Shown here piece after piece: positions 8,683 through 19,540 of a stretch of 32,732 bases of DNA (positions are counted from its first letter, which is position 1; each line of letters starts with the position of its first letter). Under the pieces are notes generated by a model. The model ran no database searches. It saw only the letters and a list, made by a program, of their open reading frames with translations, and was not told the DNA's origin. Origin of the DNA: Proteobacteria bacterium UBA7420 (lineage in GTDB: Bacteria; Pseudomonadota; Gammaproteobacteria; Magnimaribacterales; D2472); assembly GCA_002469975.1 (NCBI GenBank), contig DKMG01000007.1, forward strand, positions 1 to 32,732, read 5' to 3'. The position numbers and the translations under genes are program-made.

Positions 8683-10160
8683 CGTGAGGTTTCTCTAGAG
8701 AGCTTGCTGGTATCTTGCCGAGCAATCTCTAGCTCTTGAAGGTACTCCTTGCTAATGGGGGTTGGATATTCACCGTTAAAAATAGAGATTTCAAATTTCT
8801 TAATCTCAGGATTGCCTTCTTGAGCCGAAGCAATAAGGTCCTCTAAATCTTGATAGATAAGCCAATCTGCTCCAATAGCTTCAGCAACCTCCTCCTCTGT
8901 CTTATTCGAAGCAATTAATTCACTTGTGGCTGCCATATCTATTCCATAAAGATTTTGAAATTTGACTGGGGGAGCTGCTGAAGAGAAGTATACTTTTTTG
9001 GCGCCCGCCTCTTTGGCCATCTCTATAATTTTTTGGCTCGTAGTGCCACGTACAATTGAATCATCAACTAAAAGAACATTTTTTCCTTGAAACTCAAGGT
9101 CTAGAATATTTAATTTACGTCTGACAGATTTTTTTCGCTCCTCTTGATAAGGCATGATAAATGTTCGGCCGATATATCTATTTTTTACAAACCCATCTCT
9201 ATAGGGAATATTGAGCTCTGTAGCGACTTGGAGTGCAGCAGTGGTAGAGCTATCAGGTATAGGAATCACTACATCAATATCATGATTAGGATTAATCCGC
9301 ATGATTTTGTTAGCAAGCTTCTTGCCCATTCTCATGCGCGCTTTATACACGGAAATCTGATCTAAGGTAGCATCTGGTCTAGCCAAGTACACATACTCAA
9401 ATAAACAAGGTGTAGGCTCTGGATTATCAGCGCATTGCTGGCTATGAAGCTGGCCATTAAGATCTATAAAGACCGCTTCTCCAGGTTCAACATCTCTAAG
9501 AGTCTGAAAACCCAAGGCTGAGAAAGAGGCATTTTCTGAGGCTACGATATATTCCTTGTGATTTTTACCCTCTCGTTCTCCTATCACCAATGGGCGAATG
9601 CCTTTGGGATCTCTAAAAGCAAGTAGACCAAACCCAGTAATGAGTGCAACCACAGCATAGGCACCATGACAGCGAGAATGAGCTTTTTTCACAGCTTGAA
9701 AAAAATGCTCAGCAGATGGCAAAATAGCTCTTTGCTTAGCTAGCTCGTGAGCAAAAATATTTAGCAGAACCTCAGAATCAGAATCAGTATTTAAGTGGCG
9801 CATCTCTGCATGAAATAGTTCGCGAGCCAAGGCTTTAGAATTTGTTAAATTGCCATTATGCGCAAGGCTAATCCCATAAGGTGAATTGACATACATAGGC
9901 TGAGCAAAATCTTTACCAGAACCTCCAGCGGTAGGATATCTGACATGTCCAATGCCGTAATAACCTTCCAATTTGTTCATGTGTCTTTGCTGAAAAGCAT
10001 CTCGCACATAACCCATCGATTTTCTGCTGTGCAGTCTGCCATTTTCATCACACACAACCATTCCCGCTGCATCTTGACCCCGATGCTGCAGCATTAGCAA
10101 GGATTCATAAAGAGAGCTAGCTACATGAGTCTCAGCAAAGATGCCTACAATTCCACACAT
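8679..10160 (-). CDS. purF: amidophosphoribosyltransferase
   Basis: N-terminal MCGIVG nucleophile, [37 protein letters not shown] loop [12 protein letters not shown]. Confidence 0.98.
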   Translation of the reverse strand: MCGIVGIFAETHVASSLYESLLMLQHRGQDAAGMVVCDENGRLHSRKSMGYVRDAFQQRHMNKLEGYYGIGHVRYPTAGGSGKDFAQPMYVNSPYGISLAHNGNLTNSKALARELFHAEMRHLNTDSDSEVLLNIFAHELAKQRAILPSAEHFFQAVKKAHSRCHGAYAVVALITGFGLLAFRDPKGIRPLVIGEREGKNHKEYIVASENASFSALGFQTLRDVEPGEAVFIDLNGQLHSQQCADNPEPTPCLFEYVYLARPDATLDQISVYKARMRMGKKLANKIMRINPNHDIDVVIPIPDSSTTAALQVATELNIPYRDGFVKNRYIGRTFIMPYQEERKKSVRRKLNILDLEFQGKNVLLVDDSIVRGTTSQKIIEMAKEAGAKKVYFSSAAPPVKFQNLYGIDMAATSELIASNKTEEEVAEAIGADWLIYQDLEDLIASAQEGNPEIKKFEISIFNGEYPTPISKEYLQELEIARQDTSKLSRETSR

Positions 10161-10696
10161 TATGATTGATTGGTTGGAGTAATATTGGAATCAAGCATAA
10201 CTGAATTTTTATTGGAGATCATGTCTTTAAAAAAAATTTCTAACTCGGGGGAGAGCTTGTTAAGCATTGATGCACTTTTAGACTCAGCAATGAATGCTGA
10301 TTGCTTTATATCTGATGGCAATATTAGATAGATAATCGCAATTAAAATAATCCCTCTTACACATCCAAATAAAGCACCAAGCAACCTATCCAAGCCACCC
10401 ATTCCAGACCAATGAATAAGACTTCTAAGTATTTTAATTACAAAACCACCTGCAAATATAATAATAGCGAAGATGGCAAGCAGTGAAACCATTCTTCTAA
10501 GCTCAGGGTTCTCTATGTATTCAGAAATATAAGAGTTTAAATGCTCCGCCAAGTACAACGAGGCCATGAAAGCAAAGACCCACAATACTAGAGAGAGTGC
10601 TTCCTGAATAAATCCTCTAAAGAGTGCCACTATGCCTGAGAGAGAAATAATTCCAATTAAGATGAAATCAAAGTGCTGAAAACCTAAGGAGTCCAA
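10160..10696 (-). CDS. cvpA: CvpA family membrane protein (TTG start)
   Basis: Hydrophobic helices, RGFIQEALSL, DRLLGALFG.RG; immediately upstream of purF. Confidence 0.9.
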   Translation of the reverse strand: MDSLGFQHFDFILIGIISLSGIVALFRGFIQEALSLVLWVFAFMASLYLAEHLNSYISEYIENPELRRMVSLLAIFAIIIFAGGFVIKILRSLIHWSGMGGLDRLLGALFGCVRGIILIAIIYLILPSDIKQSAFIAESKSASMLNKLSPELEIFFKDMISNKNSVMLDSNITPTNQS

Positions 10697-11175
10697 GTTA
10701 ATATCTCTCCTTGAGAGATTTCTGCAATCTCATTTAGAATTTTTTGATTCTTAAGAATATCCTGCTCGGATACAAAAGGTCCGACAAGAATACTTGTCAA
10801 TGCTTTGTTTGATTGATTGATTTCTGTGATTGCAGGGAATCCTGCATCGCTATATAACTTGATTACTTTTGTAATGGTTTTAGAAGAGCCAAATGCACCT
10901 ATTTTATAAACGTATAAACTAAAATCTGTTTTTTCAACGATGGATTTAGCTGAGGGAATGGTGTCTTCAATCTTAATGTTGAGTTTAGTATCTTCTAGCT
11001 CATAAGGCTTAATCTCCAGATCACCTTCAGGGAGTGTAGATGTTATTTGGGGGCTGGGAATACTGATTGATGTTTGGGGTTGTTGATACTTAGGCTGCGG
11101 GGAGAGAGCAAAAATAAAGACCCAGATAGCAAATGTAAGAGCAATGAATATTCCTGTGAGGCGATTAGTGCTCAT
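10684..11175 (-). CDS. dedD: membrane-anchored SPOR-domain protein (DedD-like)
   Basis: NRLTG plus a TM helix, Pro/Ser linker, C-terminal KIGAFGS...AGFPA...LVGPF; canonical position before cvpA. Confidence 0.7.
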   Translation of the reverse strand: MSTNRLTGIFIALTFAIWVFIFALSPQPKYQQPQTSISIPSPQITSTLPEGDLEIKPYELEDTKLNIKIEDTIPSAKSIVEKTDFSLYVYKIGAFGSSKTITKVIKLYSDAGFPAITEINQSNKALTSILVGPFVSEQDILKNQKILNEIAEISQGEILTWTP

Positions 11176-12035
11176 GGACTCTGAGGGTATAGCTTAGAGA
11201 GAAGACTGAAAACCTTTTGCCGTAAGTCTTTGCGATGAACAATCATGTCTATAGCTCCATGCTCTAAAAGAAACTCAGATTTTTGAAAGTCTTCAGGCAG
11301 ATCAACTCTCACGGTCTGCTCAATCACCCGTCGTCCTGCAAACCCTACAAGAGCTTTAGGCTCTGCAATATTGATATCTCCAAGCATTGCTAGACTAGCT
11401 GAAACGCCTCCATAAATAGGATCAACCATAATTGAAATATATGGTAACTTTGCTGCTTTAAGCTTTTCTAAAGCTGCAGCGGTTTTAGCCATCTGCATTA
11501 AAGACACCATAGACTCTTGCATGCGAGCGCCACCACTTGTAGAAAAACATACAAAAGGAACTTTGCTTGCTATCGCCGCATCAATGCCTTGAACAAACTT
11601 CGTCCCTACCACGCCACCCATCGAACCGCCCATATACCTAAACTCAAATGCAGCAACAACAACGCCCCTGCCCTCTAATTTGCCCTGACCAATGAGAATT
11701 GCCTCTTCCTCTCCAGTCAGAGCAACAGCTTCTTTAATCCTTTGGGTGTAAGGTTTGGTATCCTTAAACTTGAGAATATCTTTGGTGGTAATATTGGTTG
11801 CCAGATCTTCAAAAGTGCCGCCATCAAAAAAATATGACATTCTTGTTCGCGCACCAATTCTTAGGTGGTGATCACACTTTGGGCAAACAAATAGAGATTT
11901 CTCTAATTCTGGCTGATATAAAATTGCCTCGCATGCAGGACAGTTATTCCATAGGCCATCAGGCACCTTGCTTTTTGGCGTTGCAGGCTCGTCATTTGCT
12001 CCAATCGATGGAATTAATTTAGTTAACCAATTCAT
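11172..12035 (-). CDS. accD: acetyl-CoA carboxylase carboxyltransferase beta subunit
   Basis: VPDGLW..CPAC...CPKC zinc finger, MGGSMG, SGGARMQE, GGVSAS, GFAG.RVIEQT. Confidence 0.97.
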   Translation of the reverse strand: MNWLTKLIPSIGANDEPATPKSKVPDGLWNNCPACEAILYQPELEKSLFVCPKCDHHLRIGARTRMSYFFDGGTFEDLATNITTKDILKFKDTKPYTQRIKEAVALTGEEEAILIGQGKLEGRGVVVAAFEFRYMGGSMGGVVGTKFVQGIDAAIASKVPFVCFSTSGGARMQESMVSLMQMAKTAAALEKLKAAKLPYISIMVDPIYGGVSASLAMLGDINIAEPKALVGFAGRRVIEQTVRVDLPEDFQKSEFLLEHGAIDMIVHRKDLRQKVFSLLSKLYPQSP

Positions 12036-12820
12036 TGAGTTATAACTGCAGAGATTTCATTGAGGTAAGTATATATTTTTTTGTAATCTTTTTGAGTCGA
12101 TTGCTGGTGAATCATATCTACGAGCACAGAACCAATCACCACTCCATCAGCCACCTTGCTGAGCTTGTTGGCATCAGCAGGAGTTTTAATGCCGAAGCCA
12201 GCCATCACGGGTAAAGTGGTGTTCTCTCTGATGTGAGCAATGTTTTTTTCTATTTCACTAATATCTAAGTTAGAGGCACCAGTGACTCCTCTTAGGGTCA
12301 CGTAGTAAATAAAGCCTGAGCTGGTCTGGCATATTTTTGCTATGCGCTTAAGATCAGTAGTAGGTGATATCAAGGAAATTGAGGCAATATGAGAATTATT
12401 TATTCCTATATTCTCAAGGGTGCTTTCACCTGGAACATCTACAATTAATACTGCATCTGTTCCTCTCTCATGAATAGATTCTAAGGCTTTTTTGTTAGCC
12501 AAAAATGTATTGATGTACCCCATTAAGATAACGGGTGTATCAGAATCATTTTTTCTAAACTCTTCCACAAGATCAAAAATCTGGTTAAGTGAAGTATCAG
12601 TCTTTAGGGCTCTATCATGAGCGGCCTGAATAATTGGGCCTTCAGCAATAGGATCAGTGAATGGAACGCCGAGCTCAATAATATCCACACCCGATGCTAC
12701 AAACCCATGCATCAGCTCTAATGTAGTGCTGAGATCAGGATCTCCTGCTACTAAGTATGCAACTAAAGCTTTTTTTGACCCAGCAGCTAGCGAATCAAGC
12801 CTCTGCTTTAATCTAGTCAA
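12032..12820 (-). CDS. trpA: tryptophan synthase alpha chain (probable TTG start at 12820; ATG at 12832 is an alternative)
   Basis: [52 protein letters not shown]. Confidence 0.96.
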   Translation of the reverse strand: MTRLKQRLDSLAAGSKKALVAYLVAGDPDLSTTLELMHGFVASGVDIIELGVPFTDPIAEGPIIQAAHDRALKTDTSLNQIFDLVEEFRKNDSDTPVILMGYINTFLANKKALESIHERGTDAVLIVDVPGESTLENIGINNSHIASISLISPTTDLKRIAKICQTSSGFIYYVTLRGVTGASNLDISEIEKNIAHIRENTTLPVMAGFGIKTPADANKLSKVADGVVIGSVLVDMIHQQSTQKDYKKIYTYLNEISAVITQ

Positions 12821-14018
12821 GAGAGATGCCATCCATGGTAGCAACAGTATTAATATCTTTATCTCCTCTTCCAGATACATTAATCACGATATTATCCGTC
12901 GGATTAAATGTTTCCACTAGGTAATCTAGAGCGGCAAAGGCATGAGCTGTCTCAAGGGCAGGCATGATGCCCTCCATTCTGGTAACCATATGGAATGCAC
13001 GCAATGTCTCTTCATCATTAACAGCTAGGTATTGTGCTCTACCAGAGTCTTTCAAGTTAGAATGCTCAGGCCCAACACCAGGGTAATCAAGCCCAGCAGA
13101 AATAGAGTGGGTATCGATCACTTGGCCATCTTTATCTTGCATCAGGTAGCTCTTTGCTCCGTGCAAAATACCTGGCTGGCCATCGTTCAGTGGAGCAGCA
13201 TGTCTGCCTGTTTCAAGGCCGCTACCAGCCGCTTCTATGCCATACAGTTTCACTTCGGGCTCTTGAATAAAAGGATAAAAAATTCCCATAGCATTTGAGC
13301 CTCCGCCTACACAGGCAATGATTGCTTCAGGAAATTTATTAAAAAGTTTAACAGATTGCTCTCTCAACTCTCTCCCGACTACAGAATTAAAATCTCTTAC
13401 GATCATGGGATATGGATGAGGGCCTGTAACGCTGCCAATAATATAATAAGTGTTGTCTATATTAGTCACCCAGTCCCTTAGGGCTTCATTTAGAGCATCT
13501 TTTAAGGTTGCTGTACCAGAATCGACCGCATGAACAGTAGCTCCCAAGAGCTTGATACGATAGACGTTCAAGGATTGCCTTTGAACATCTGCAGCACCCA
13601 TATAAATATGGCACTCTAGTCCCAATCGAGCCGCAACGGTAGCCGTTGCTACCCCATGCTGCCCAGCACCAGTCTCAGCAATAATTCTTTTCTTGCCCAT
13701 GGCTTTTGCTAGTAAAATCTGACCAACGGTATTGTTGATTTTATGAGCTCCGGTATGATTTAAATCTTCACGCTTGAGCCAGATTTGAGGCCCTGCATAA
13801 TGCTCAGTTAACCTCTGCGCAAAATATAATGGCGAAGGTCTGCCAACAAATTGACTGAGGTCATGATCAAAGGTTTTAAGGAAATCAGGGTCTTGTTTAA
13901 GGCGATCATAAGTATCTTCTAGCTGCTGCAATGCAAACATCAAAGTCTCAGGTACAAATTTGCCTCCATAATCTCCGAAAAAACCTTCGGCATCTGGTAA
14001 ATCAATCAAATTATCCAT
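12813..14018 (-). CDS. trpB: tryptophan synthase beta chain
   Basis: [16 protein letters not shown] (PLP Lys), [39 protein letters not shown]. Confidence 0.98.
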   Translation of the reverse strand: MDNLIDLPDAEGFFGDYGGKFVPETLMFALQQLEDTYDRLKQDPDFLKTFDHDLSQFVGRPSPLYFAQRLTEHYAGPQIWLKREDLNHTGAHKINNTVGQILLAKAMGKKRIIAETGAGQHGVATATVAARLGLECHIYMGAADVQRQSLNVYRIKLLGATVHAVDSGTATLKDALNEALRDWVTNIDNTYYIIGSVTGPHPYPMIVRDFNSVVGRELREQSVKLFNKFPEAIIACVGGGSNAMGIFYPFIQEPEVKLYGIEAAGSGLETGRHAAPLNDGQPGILHGAKSYLMQDKDGQVIDTHSISAGLDYPGVGPEHSNLKDSGRAQYLAVNDEETLRAFHMVTRMEGIMPALETAHAFAALDYLVETFNPTDNIVINVSGRGDKDINTVATMDGISLD

Positions 14019-14625
14019 TGTTAAACCTCTTTATCATCTGGGTCATCAATAACGTATCTTTTAATGCGAGTTGTGATTCTACCCCAGAGTTTATATCAAT
14101 ACACCATGGATTAAGGGAAATAGCAGCATCAATATTAGCCTCATTAATTCCACCAGCTAAAATAAATTTCTTGCTGAGATCTGCGCCTTGAATGAGAGTC
14201 CAGTCAAAGGATTTGCCCGTACCACCATTCAAATTTGAAGAGAATGTTTCTAACAAAATTGCTTCTGCCGATGGATATGGGTCGCTTAAAATCAAGGAGA
14301 TAGAAGAAGCATCTTTGATTGGAATGCTCTTCCAATAAGGTTTCTTAAATTGACTGCAAAAGCTATCAGATTCATCTCCATGGAATTGTAGAATTGCAGT
14401 TGGAAGAAACTCGACCACTTGCTCGACAAATGAAGGTGACGGATTAACAAAGACGCAGACAGGAAGAGTATTGCGAAAGTTAAATAAGGAAAGCTGTTCT
14501 AAAAATTCTTGGCTCACTTTTCTAGGACTCTTCTCCGCAAAGATAAACCCAGCGTAGTCAGCACCAAGATCACAAGCATGCTGAAGAGATTCTAGGGTTT
14601 GTAAGCCACAAAATTTAAGTTTCAT
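14011..14625 (-). CDS. trpF: phosphoribosylanthranilate isomerase
   Basis: [43 protein letters not shown]. Confidence 0.95.
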   Translation of the reverse strand: MKLKFCGLQTLESLQHACDLGADYAGFIFAEKSPRKVSQEFLEQLSLFNFRNTLPVCVFVNPSPSFVEQVVEFLPTAILQFHGDESDSFCSQFKKPYWKSIPIKDASSISLILSDPYPSAEAILLETFSSNLNGGTGKSFDWTLIQGADLSKKFILAGGINEANIDAAISLNPWCIDINSGVESQLALKDTLLMTQMIKRFNNG

Positions 14626-15415
14626 TAGGTCTCTTAATAAGATTGAATAATGACGAATTATGCATTTGATCAGGAAATTTTAAATCTTTATATTCTGCTC
14701 CTAAGAAGAATAAACCTTGTGATTGTGCTGTCTTGCCTGCATTTAGCCTGCTTTCTGTATTTAAAATATCCAACATACTTTCTTGCAATCTGCCTGTGGC
14801 TATATCGATTAATGTGCCCACTATAATCCTAACCATATTATATAAATATGCATTTGCTGAGATAGTAATGATCATGAAATCTGGTAGCTTTTGAATATTG
14901 ATGAATTCAATAGTTCTAATAGGGTTATTGGCTGTACATTTGGAGCCTCTAAATGAACTAAAGTTATGAGTCCCTATAAGATGAGCGGCCTCTGTTTTCA
15001 TCACATCAAAATCTAGGATATTTTTTTCCCAAAAAACATAATCTTTTAAAAATACAGGTCTGGTTGATCCGGTGTAAATAATATAAGCATATTTTCTCTT
15101 GATCGCATCAAACCTTGAATGAAAATTATCATAAATCTCTTGAAGAAAAGTGACAGCCATGGTCTCAGGTAACGCTGAATTAATTCCCTTCAACCACTGA
15201 TCAATGGTCCTGATGTCGCTTGATTGAAAATCAAATACCTGGCCCAGAGCATGCACTCCAGCATCAGTTCTACCAGAATAATTCATCCTGTCTGTGATAT
15301 GGCCCACAGAAGCAATTGCTTTCTCAAGTGCGTCCTGAACTGAAGTAGCATTGGACTGAGATTGAAACCCAGAAAAACTAGATCCATCATATTCACATAC
15401 TCCAACAAATTTCAC
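14615..15415 (-). CDS. truA: tRNA pseudouridine(38-40) synthase (GTG start)
   Basis: EYDGS.F.GFQ.Q, GRTDAGVHA.GQV, FHSRFDA, GTHNFSSFR, YNMVRIIVG. Confidence 0.96.
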   Translation of the reverse strand: MKFVGVCEYDGSSFSGFQSQSNATSVQDALEKAIASVGHITDRMNYSGRTDAGVHALGQVFDFQSSDIRTIDQWLKGINSALPETMAVTFLQEIYDNFHSRFDAIKRKYAYIIYTGSTRPVFLKDYVFWEKNILDFDVMKTEAAHLIGTHNFSSFRGSKCTANNPIRTIEFINIQKLPDFMIITISANAYLYNMVRIIVGTLIDIATGRLQESMLDILNTESRLNAGKTAQSQGLFFLGAEYKDLKFPDQMHNSSLFNLIKRPNET

Positions 15416-15418
15416 GAG

Positions 15419-16795
15419 CTAGATCTTTTTCTCTAAAAGTTCCTTTGCTGAAATAAGTATCTGTGCATTAGAGGAATTTAAAATTAACCGCTGAAGGATT
15501 GGCTCCGCATTCGCCCAATCATCCATATCAATATAGGTGCGCACTAGATCGAGCTCCTGAGCTTCAATATCATTGGAAATACTAAGGTTGGATTGAAAAG
15601 TCGCTGCCTCATCCTCTAAAAAATCTTCTTGAACTGAGGTTTTGGTGTATGAAGATTTTCGATTTAATCCAATAAGGGTAATTGCTATTAAGAAGCCTGC
15701 TAAAAGAGACAGAACTCCCACCCATAGAAGATCTCTGAGTTGAAATGCTGCATCAGTTTCTGAGTTTGTAGATGAGGGCACAGATATTTTTTTACTCTCA
15801 ACGCCCAATGTGATGGTAGAGGTATTTTTATTGACTATATCCTCGCCTGATAGCCTGGCATTATTGCTACTAGACAGGGAGGCAGGAATTTTCAGCTCAG
15901 AATTAATAGATGAATCCTCTATCACCTGCTTAAATTCAGGTTGTATATTTTTGGGAGCAGTTAAAATTAATTGAGCTCTGGAATTTAATAATCTTTTGCC
16001 TGTATAGGAAGACATAAAATTAACTGCATTTTTTGCATCAAGGTTATTTGTTGATTGGACTAATTCGGGGGAAGGGATGGCTAGATCAATATCACTTCTA
16101 ACTAAATTAATATTTTCATTAATAAAAGCATTGGGGTTTTCTAGGTAAAAAGCCCACATAATTTGATAGATAGACGCATTGAAATTTGTTTCAACTGATT
16201 TTGCAACGCTCCATATAGTCTCAACTTGCTCGCTACTGATTGTTTGCTTGGAGAGCTGAAATTGCGGTTTGCTCAAGTCGGTAGACTCAGCGATATCATC
16301 TACAGATTGCTTGCTTTCAACCTGCTTAATAAGCTGCTCTTCAACCGTTCCGGATAAGGCGTCCTGGATATTGTATCTCTGGGATTGACCGGATGTTTTC
16401 TTTGCAGGCAGCTTAAAAGATAGGTTCTGCTCTGAAGATCGCCGCAGAGTATTTTGTGGTAAAAATATAAAGATATCCTTAGAGAGTTCTAGCCCTACCT
16501 GCAATCGAAATGAAAAATATGTATCCTGAAAGTTTGCAGGCAGAGCAAAAGTTAGCCTTTGAAAAATCTCTAAATTTTCAAATAGAAAATATTCTAATGT
16601 CTTTTCCGGCAGTAGTTCTGATGACTTAAAATCCATAATTTGAATATCAGTTTCCTGTATCTCTGGCACATCTCTGATTTGGATTGTGATTAAAAAATTG
16701 CCTTCTGGACTGAGCGAGACATTGGGACTCCCAATGATTCCCTGGGCATCGATAATGCTAGAAAATAAGGCAAGTAAAAGAAGTATTTTTTTCAT
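15419..16795 (-). CDS. fimV: FimV/HubP-like polar landmark protein, compact form
   Basis: Signal peptide; LysM-like ETIWSVA...NPNAFINENINLV....LAIPS; one TM helix; C-terminal LDLVRTYIDMDD..A..ILQ...AKELL; canonical asd-fimV-truA position. Confidence 0.8.
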   Translation of the reverse strand: MKKILLLLALFSSIIDAQGIIGSPNVSLSPEGNFLITIQIRDVPEIQETDIQIMDFKSSELLPEKTLEYFLFENLEIFQRLTFALPANFQDTYFSFRLQVGLELSKDIFIFLPQNTLRRSSEQNLSFKLPAKKTSGQSQRYNIQDALSGTVEEQLIKQVESKQSVDDIAESTDLSKPQFQLSKQTISSEQVETIWSVAKSVETNFNASIYQIMWAFYLENPNAFINENINLVRSDIDLAIPSPELVQSTNNLDAKNAVNFMSSYTGKRLLNSRAQLILTAPKNIQPEFKQVIEDSSINSELKIPASLSSSNNARLSGEDIVNKNTSTITLGVESKKISVPSSTNSETDAAFQLRDLLWVGVLSLLAGFLIAITLIGLNRKSSYTKTSVQEDFLEDEAATFQSNLSISNDIEAQELDLVRTYIDMDDWANAEPILQRLILNSSNAQILISAKELLEKKI

Positions 16796-17818
16796 TTATA
16801 ACTTTTTTGATTGAAGCAATCGTTCAGCAATTTGCACTGCATTGAGCGCAGCGCCCTTACCATATACATTATCAGCAACAATCCACAAAGAAACCCAGGT
16901 ATCTCCACCCAATTCTTGGACTCTAATCCTACCTACAAAAACATCTTCTGTGTCATTGGCACACTCTACTGGAGTCGGGTACTCAAGCTCATCAGGGTTA
17001 TCAATAACTTTAACCCCTTCCGCACCACTCAAGATGCTAATAATATTATCGCGTGAGGTACCTCTAGAAACTTTAAAAAATACGGCCTCTGAATGACCAT
17101 TGAAAACTGGGACTCTTGCACATGTTGCTTGAACAAAAATCTTAGGATCTAAGATTTTATGAGTTTCCCAGGTTAATTTCATCTCTTCTTTGGTGAAATT
17201 ATTATCAAGAAAAACATCGCATTGAGGAATAACATTAAAAGCTATTTGTTTTGGATAGACAGATGGGGATTGAGGAGAATCTGTAAAATAAGTTTGATTG
17301 TGGAGCTCCTCTAATGCTGCTTTGCCAGTACCTGAAACTGCTTGGTAGGTTGCCACATTCATGAGCTCTATATTAAGCGCATCATGAATCGGTTTGAGCG
17401 CCATCAGTAATTGTGCAGTGGAGCAATTTGGATTGGCGATTAAACTGGGTTTTTCTAGCTGATCTAATAAATGTCCGTTGATTTCCGGAATCACCAATGG
17501 GACATCATCTTCATAACGAAAATGAGAAGAGAGATCAATAACATAAGCTCCGGCATCAACAAAGGCTCTGGCATGAGCATGTGCTGCAGCAGAGCCAGCT
17601 GCAAATATAATTAAGTTAACTGTAGTTGGCTGAAAAGATTCTAGAGATTGCACAACATACTTTTCTCCATTGAAGCTAATGTGATTGCCAACGGTTGAAT
17701 GACCTAACGGGATAAAACGAGCCAAAGGAAAAGATTTTTTTTCTAGCAGTTTAATAATTTTTGCCCCTACAACACCTGTGGCTCCAACTAACGCAAGGCT
17801 GACGGCTGAATTACTCAT
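16796..17818 (-). CDS. asd: aspartate-semialdehyde dehydrogenase
   Basis: VGATGVVG, VPLVIPEIN, ANPNCST (catalytic Cys), TYQAVSG, AFNVIP, RVPV..GHSE. Confidence 0.93.
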   Translation of the reverse strand: MSNSAVSLALVGATGVVGAKIIKLLEKKSFPLARFIPLGHSTVGNHISFNGEKYVVQSLESFQPTTVNLIIFAAGSAAAHAHARAFVDAGAYVIDLSSHFRYEDDVPLVIPEINGHLLDQLEKPSLIANPNCSTAQLLMALKPIHDALNIELMNVATYQAVSGTGKAALEELHNQTYFTDSPQSPSVYPKQIAFNVIPQCDVFLDNNFTKEEMKLTWETHKILDPKIFVQATCARVPVFNGHSEAVFFKVSRGTSRDNIISILSGAEGVKVIDNPDELEYPTPVECANDTEDVFVGRIRVQELGGDTWVSLWIVADNVYGKGAALNAVQIAERLLQSKKL

Positions 17819-18887
17819 TTTCAAGTAACTTGATCAAGAGTGGTGCCACGTCATTGGTCTTAATAAATCCTTCGCTAGTGGTAATGTCTTTTGTTCTGTG
17901 CCCCAAGCCAATAAAATTTTTAATGGCCAACTCAATCTTTACTGCAAGATCTTTCCTATCCAGTGAATATTCTAAGGCCATGGCTAAAGAAGAAATCATA
18001 GCTAAAGGGTTAGCAACGCCTTGCCCAGCAATATCAGGAGCACTCCCGTGACATGGTTCATACATACCTTGTCCAGAGCTATTAAGAGAGGCTGAGGGGA
18101 GCATTCCAATGGAGCCACTAAGAGTTGCAGCAATGTCAGATAAAATATCACCAAATAAATTGCTAGATACAATGACATCATATTGATTGGGGTTCAGCAC
18201 AAGCTGCATTGCAGTGTTGTCTGCTAGCTGATGTGAAAGCATTACTTCCGGATATTCTAAGCCCATCTCTGCCACTATGCCGCGCCAAAATTTGGATACC
18301 TCAAGAACGTTTGCCTTGTCTACAGAGCATAGCTTCTTACCTCTAGTCATCGCTGCTTCAAATGCAACCCTGGCTATCCGTCTAATTTCATCTTCATTAT
18401 AAACCATCGTATTAAAGGCATACTTTGGAGTAACGTCCTCAACCAAACCCCTTGGCTCACCAAAATACACTCCGCCAGTGAGCTCTCTCACGATTAAGAT
18501 ATCTAAGTTTTCGATAATGTGGTTTTTTAAGGGCGATGCAGATGCAAGCTCATTAAATAAAAATGCAGGTCTAAGATTTGCAAATAATCCTAAGGTTTTC
18601 CTGAGGCCCAGCAAGGCTTGTTCAGGCCTAACATCCCAGTCTAAGCTATCCCATTGAGGACCTCCAACAGCTCCAAATAGTATTGCATCTGATTGCTTGG
18701 CAATCTCTAAAGTTTCTTCAGTTAAAGGTTTACCATGAAGCTCGTATGATGCTCCCCCTACTTCTCGCTCTATTGTAATAAAATCTAGATGATATTTTTC
18801 GATAAGATAGTTTAAAATTTTCATAGCAGATGCTGTGACTTCTTTGCCAATGCCATCCCCGGGAAGTATTAAAATTTGTTTAGTCAT
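17811..18887 (-). CDS. leuB: 3-isopropylmalate dehydrogenase
   Basis: LPGDGIG, GAVGGPQW, LFANLRP, VRELTGGVYFG, SVDKANVL, NLFGDILSD, EPCHGSAPDI. Confidence 0.97.
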   Translation of the reverse strand: MTKQILILPGDGIGKEVTASAMKILNYLIEKYHLDFITIEREVGGASYELHGKPLTEETLEIAKQSDAILFGAVGGPQWDSLDWDVRPEQALLGLRKTLGLFANLRPAFLFNELASASPLKNHIIENLDILIVRELTGGVYFGEPRGLVEDVTPKYAFNTMVYNEDEIRRIARVAFEAAMTRGKKLCSVDKANVLEVSKFWRGIVAEMGLEYPEVMLSHQLADNTAMQLVLNPNQYDVIVSSNLFGDILSDIAATLSGSIGMLPSASLNSSGQGMYEPCHGSAPDIAGQGVANPLAMISSLAMALEYSLDRKDLAVKIELAIKNFIGLGHRTKDITTSEGFIKTNDVAPLLIKLLENE

Positions 18888-18907
18888 AGTTCTATCCAGG
18901 ATTAAGT

Positions 18908-19540
18908 TTATTCAAAAATCCACGGCCTTTCACTTCTTCGATTCTCTTCAAAAGATTCAATATATTCTTTATTTGATAGGGTAATGTCAATGTCATCAAG
19001 ATTATGAATAATGCGATTGATTTGATTGGGATCGACCTCAAAAGATATGGAAATATCATGATCAGCCTTGATCTCTTGTTCAATTAAGCTAATTGTAAAA
19101 CTTTGAGGCCCTTGAGTTGAGAGCTCAAACAGTCGATTGATATTTTCTTTAGAGATCTTGATTGGAAGAATTTTATTTTTAAAACAATTATTATAAAAAA
19201 TATCGCCAAAAGAGCTTCCGATCACTGCTCGAAAACCAAAATCTCTGAGCGCCCAAACAGCATGCTCTCGACTGGAACCGCATCCAAAATTATCACGAGT
19301 TAAAAGGATGGTCGATTTGTTAAAAATAGGTTGGTTAAGAATGAATTCTGTATTCAGAGATCTCTCACTGGGAGTCATGCCAAGTCGACCCTGATCTAAA
19401 TATCTCCAACCATCAAATAAGTAATCTTCAAAACCAAACTTTTTAATTGATTTAAGATATTCTGTTGGGATGATTTGATCGGTATCAATATTATCTCTAT
19501 CAAATGGTGCTACCACTCCCTGAATACTTGAATTGCTCAT
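18908..19540 (-). CDS. leuD: 3-isopropylmalate dehydratase small subunit
   Basis: [33 protein letters not shown]. Confidence 0.97.
   Translation of the reverse strand: MSNSSIQGVVAPFDRDNIDTDQIIPTEYLKSIKKFGFEDYLFDGWRYLDQGRLGMTPSERSLNTEFILNQPIFNKSTILLTRDNFGCGSSREHAVWALRDFGFRAVIGSSFGDIFYNNCFKNKILPIKISKENINRLFELSTQGPQSFTISLIEQEIKADHDISISFEVDPNQINRIIHNLDDIDITLSNKEYIESFEENRRSERPWIFE

Noticed and set aside
10160-10696. Bacteriocin system implied by the name 'colicin V production protein'
   Set aside because: CvpA is a housekeeping membrane protein normally found upstream of purF; no toxin, immunity or exporter genes are present.
12833-12880. Long upstream starts for trpA (12880), prpC (27414) and thrH (29658)
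   Set aside because: They overlap the upstream genes extensively; family-typical N-termini begin at 12820/12832, 27381 and 29571.
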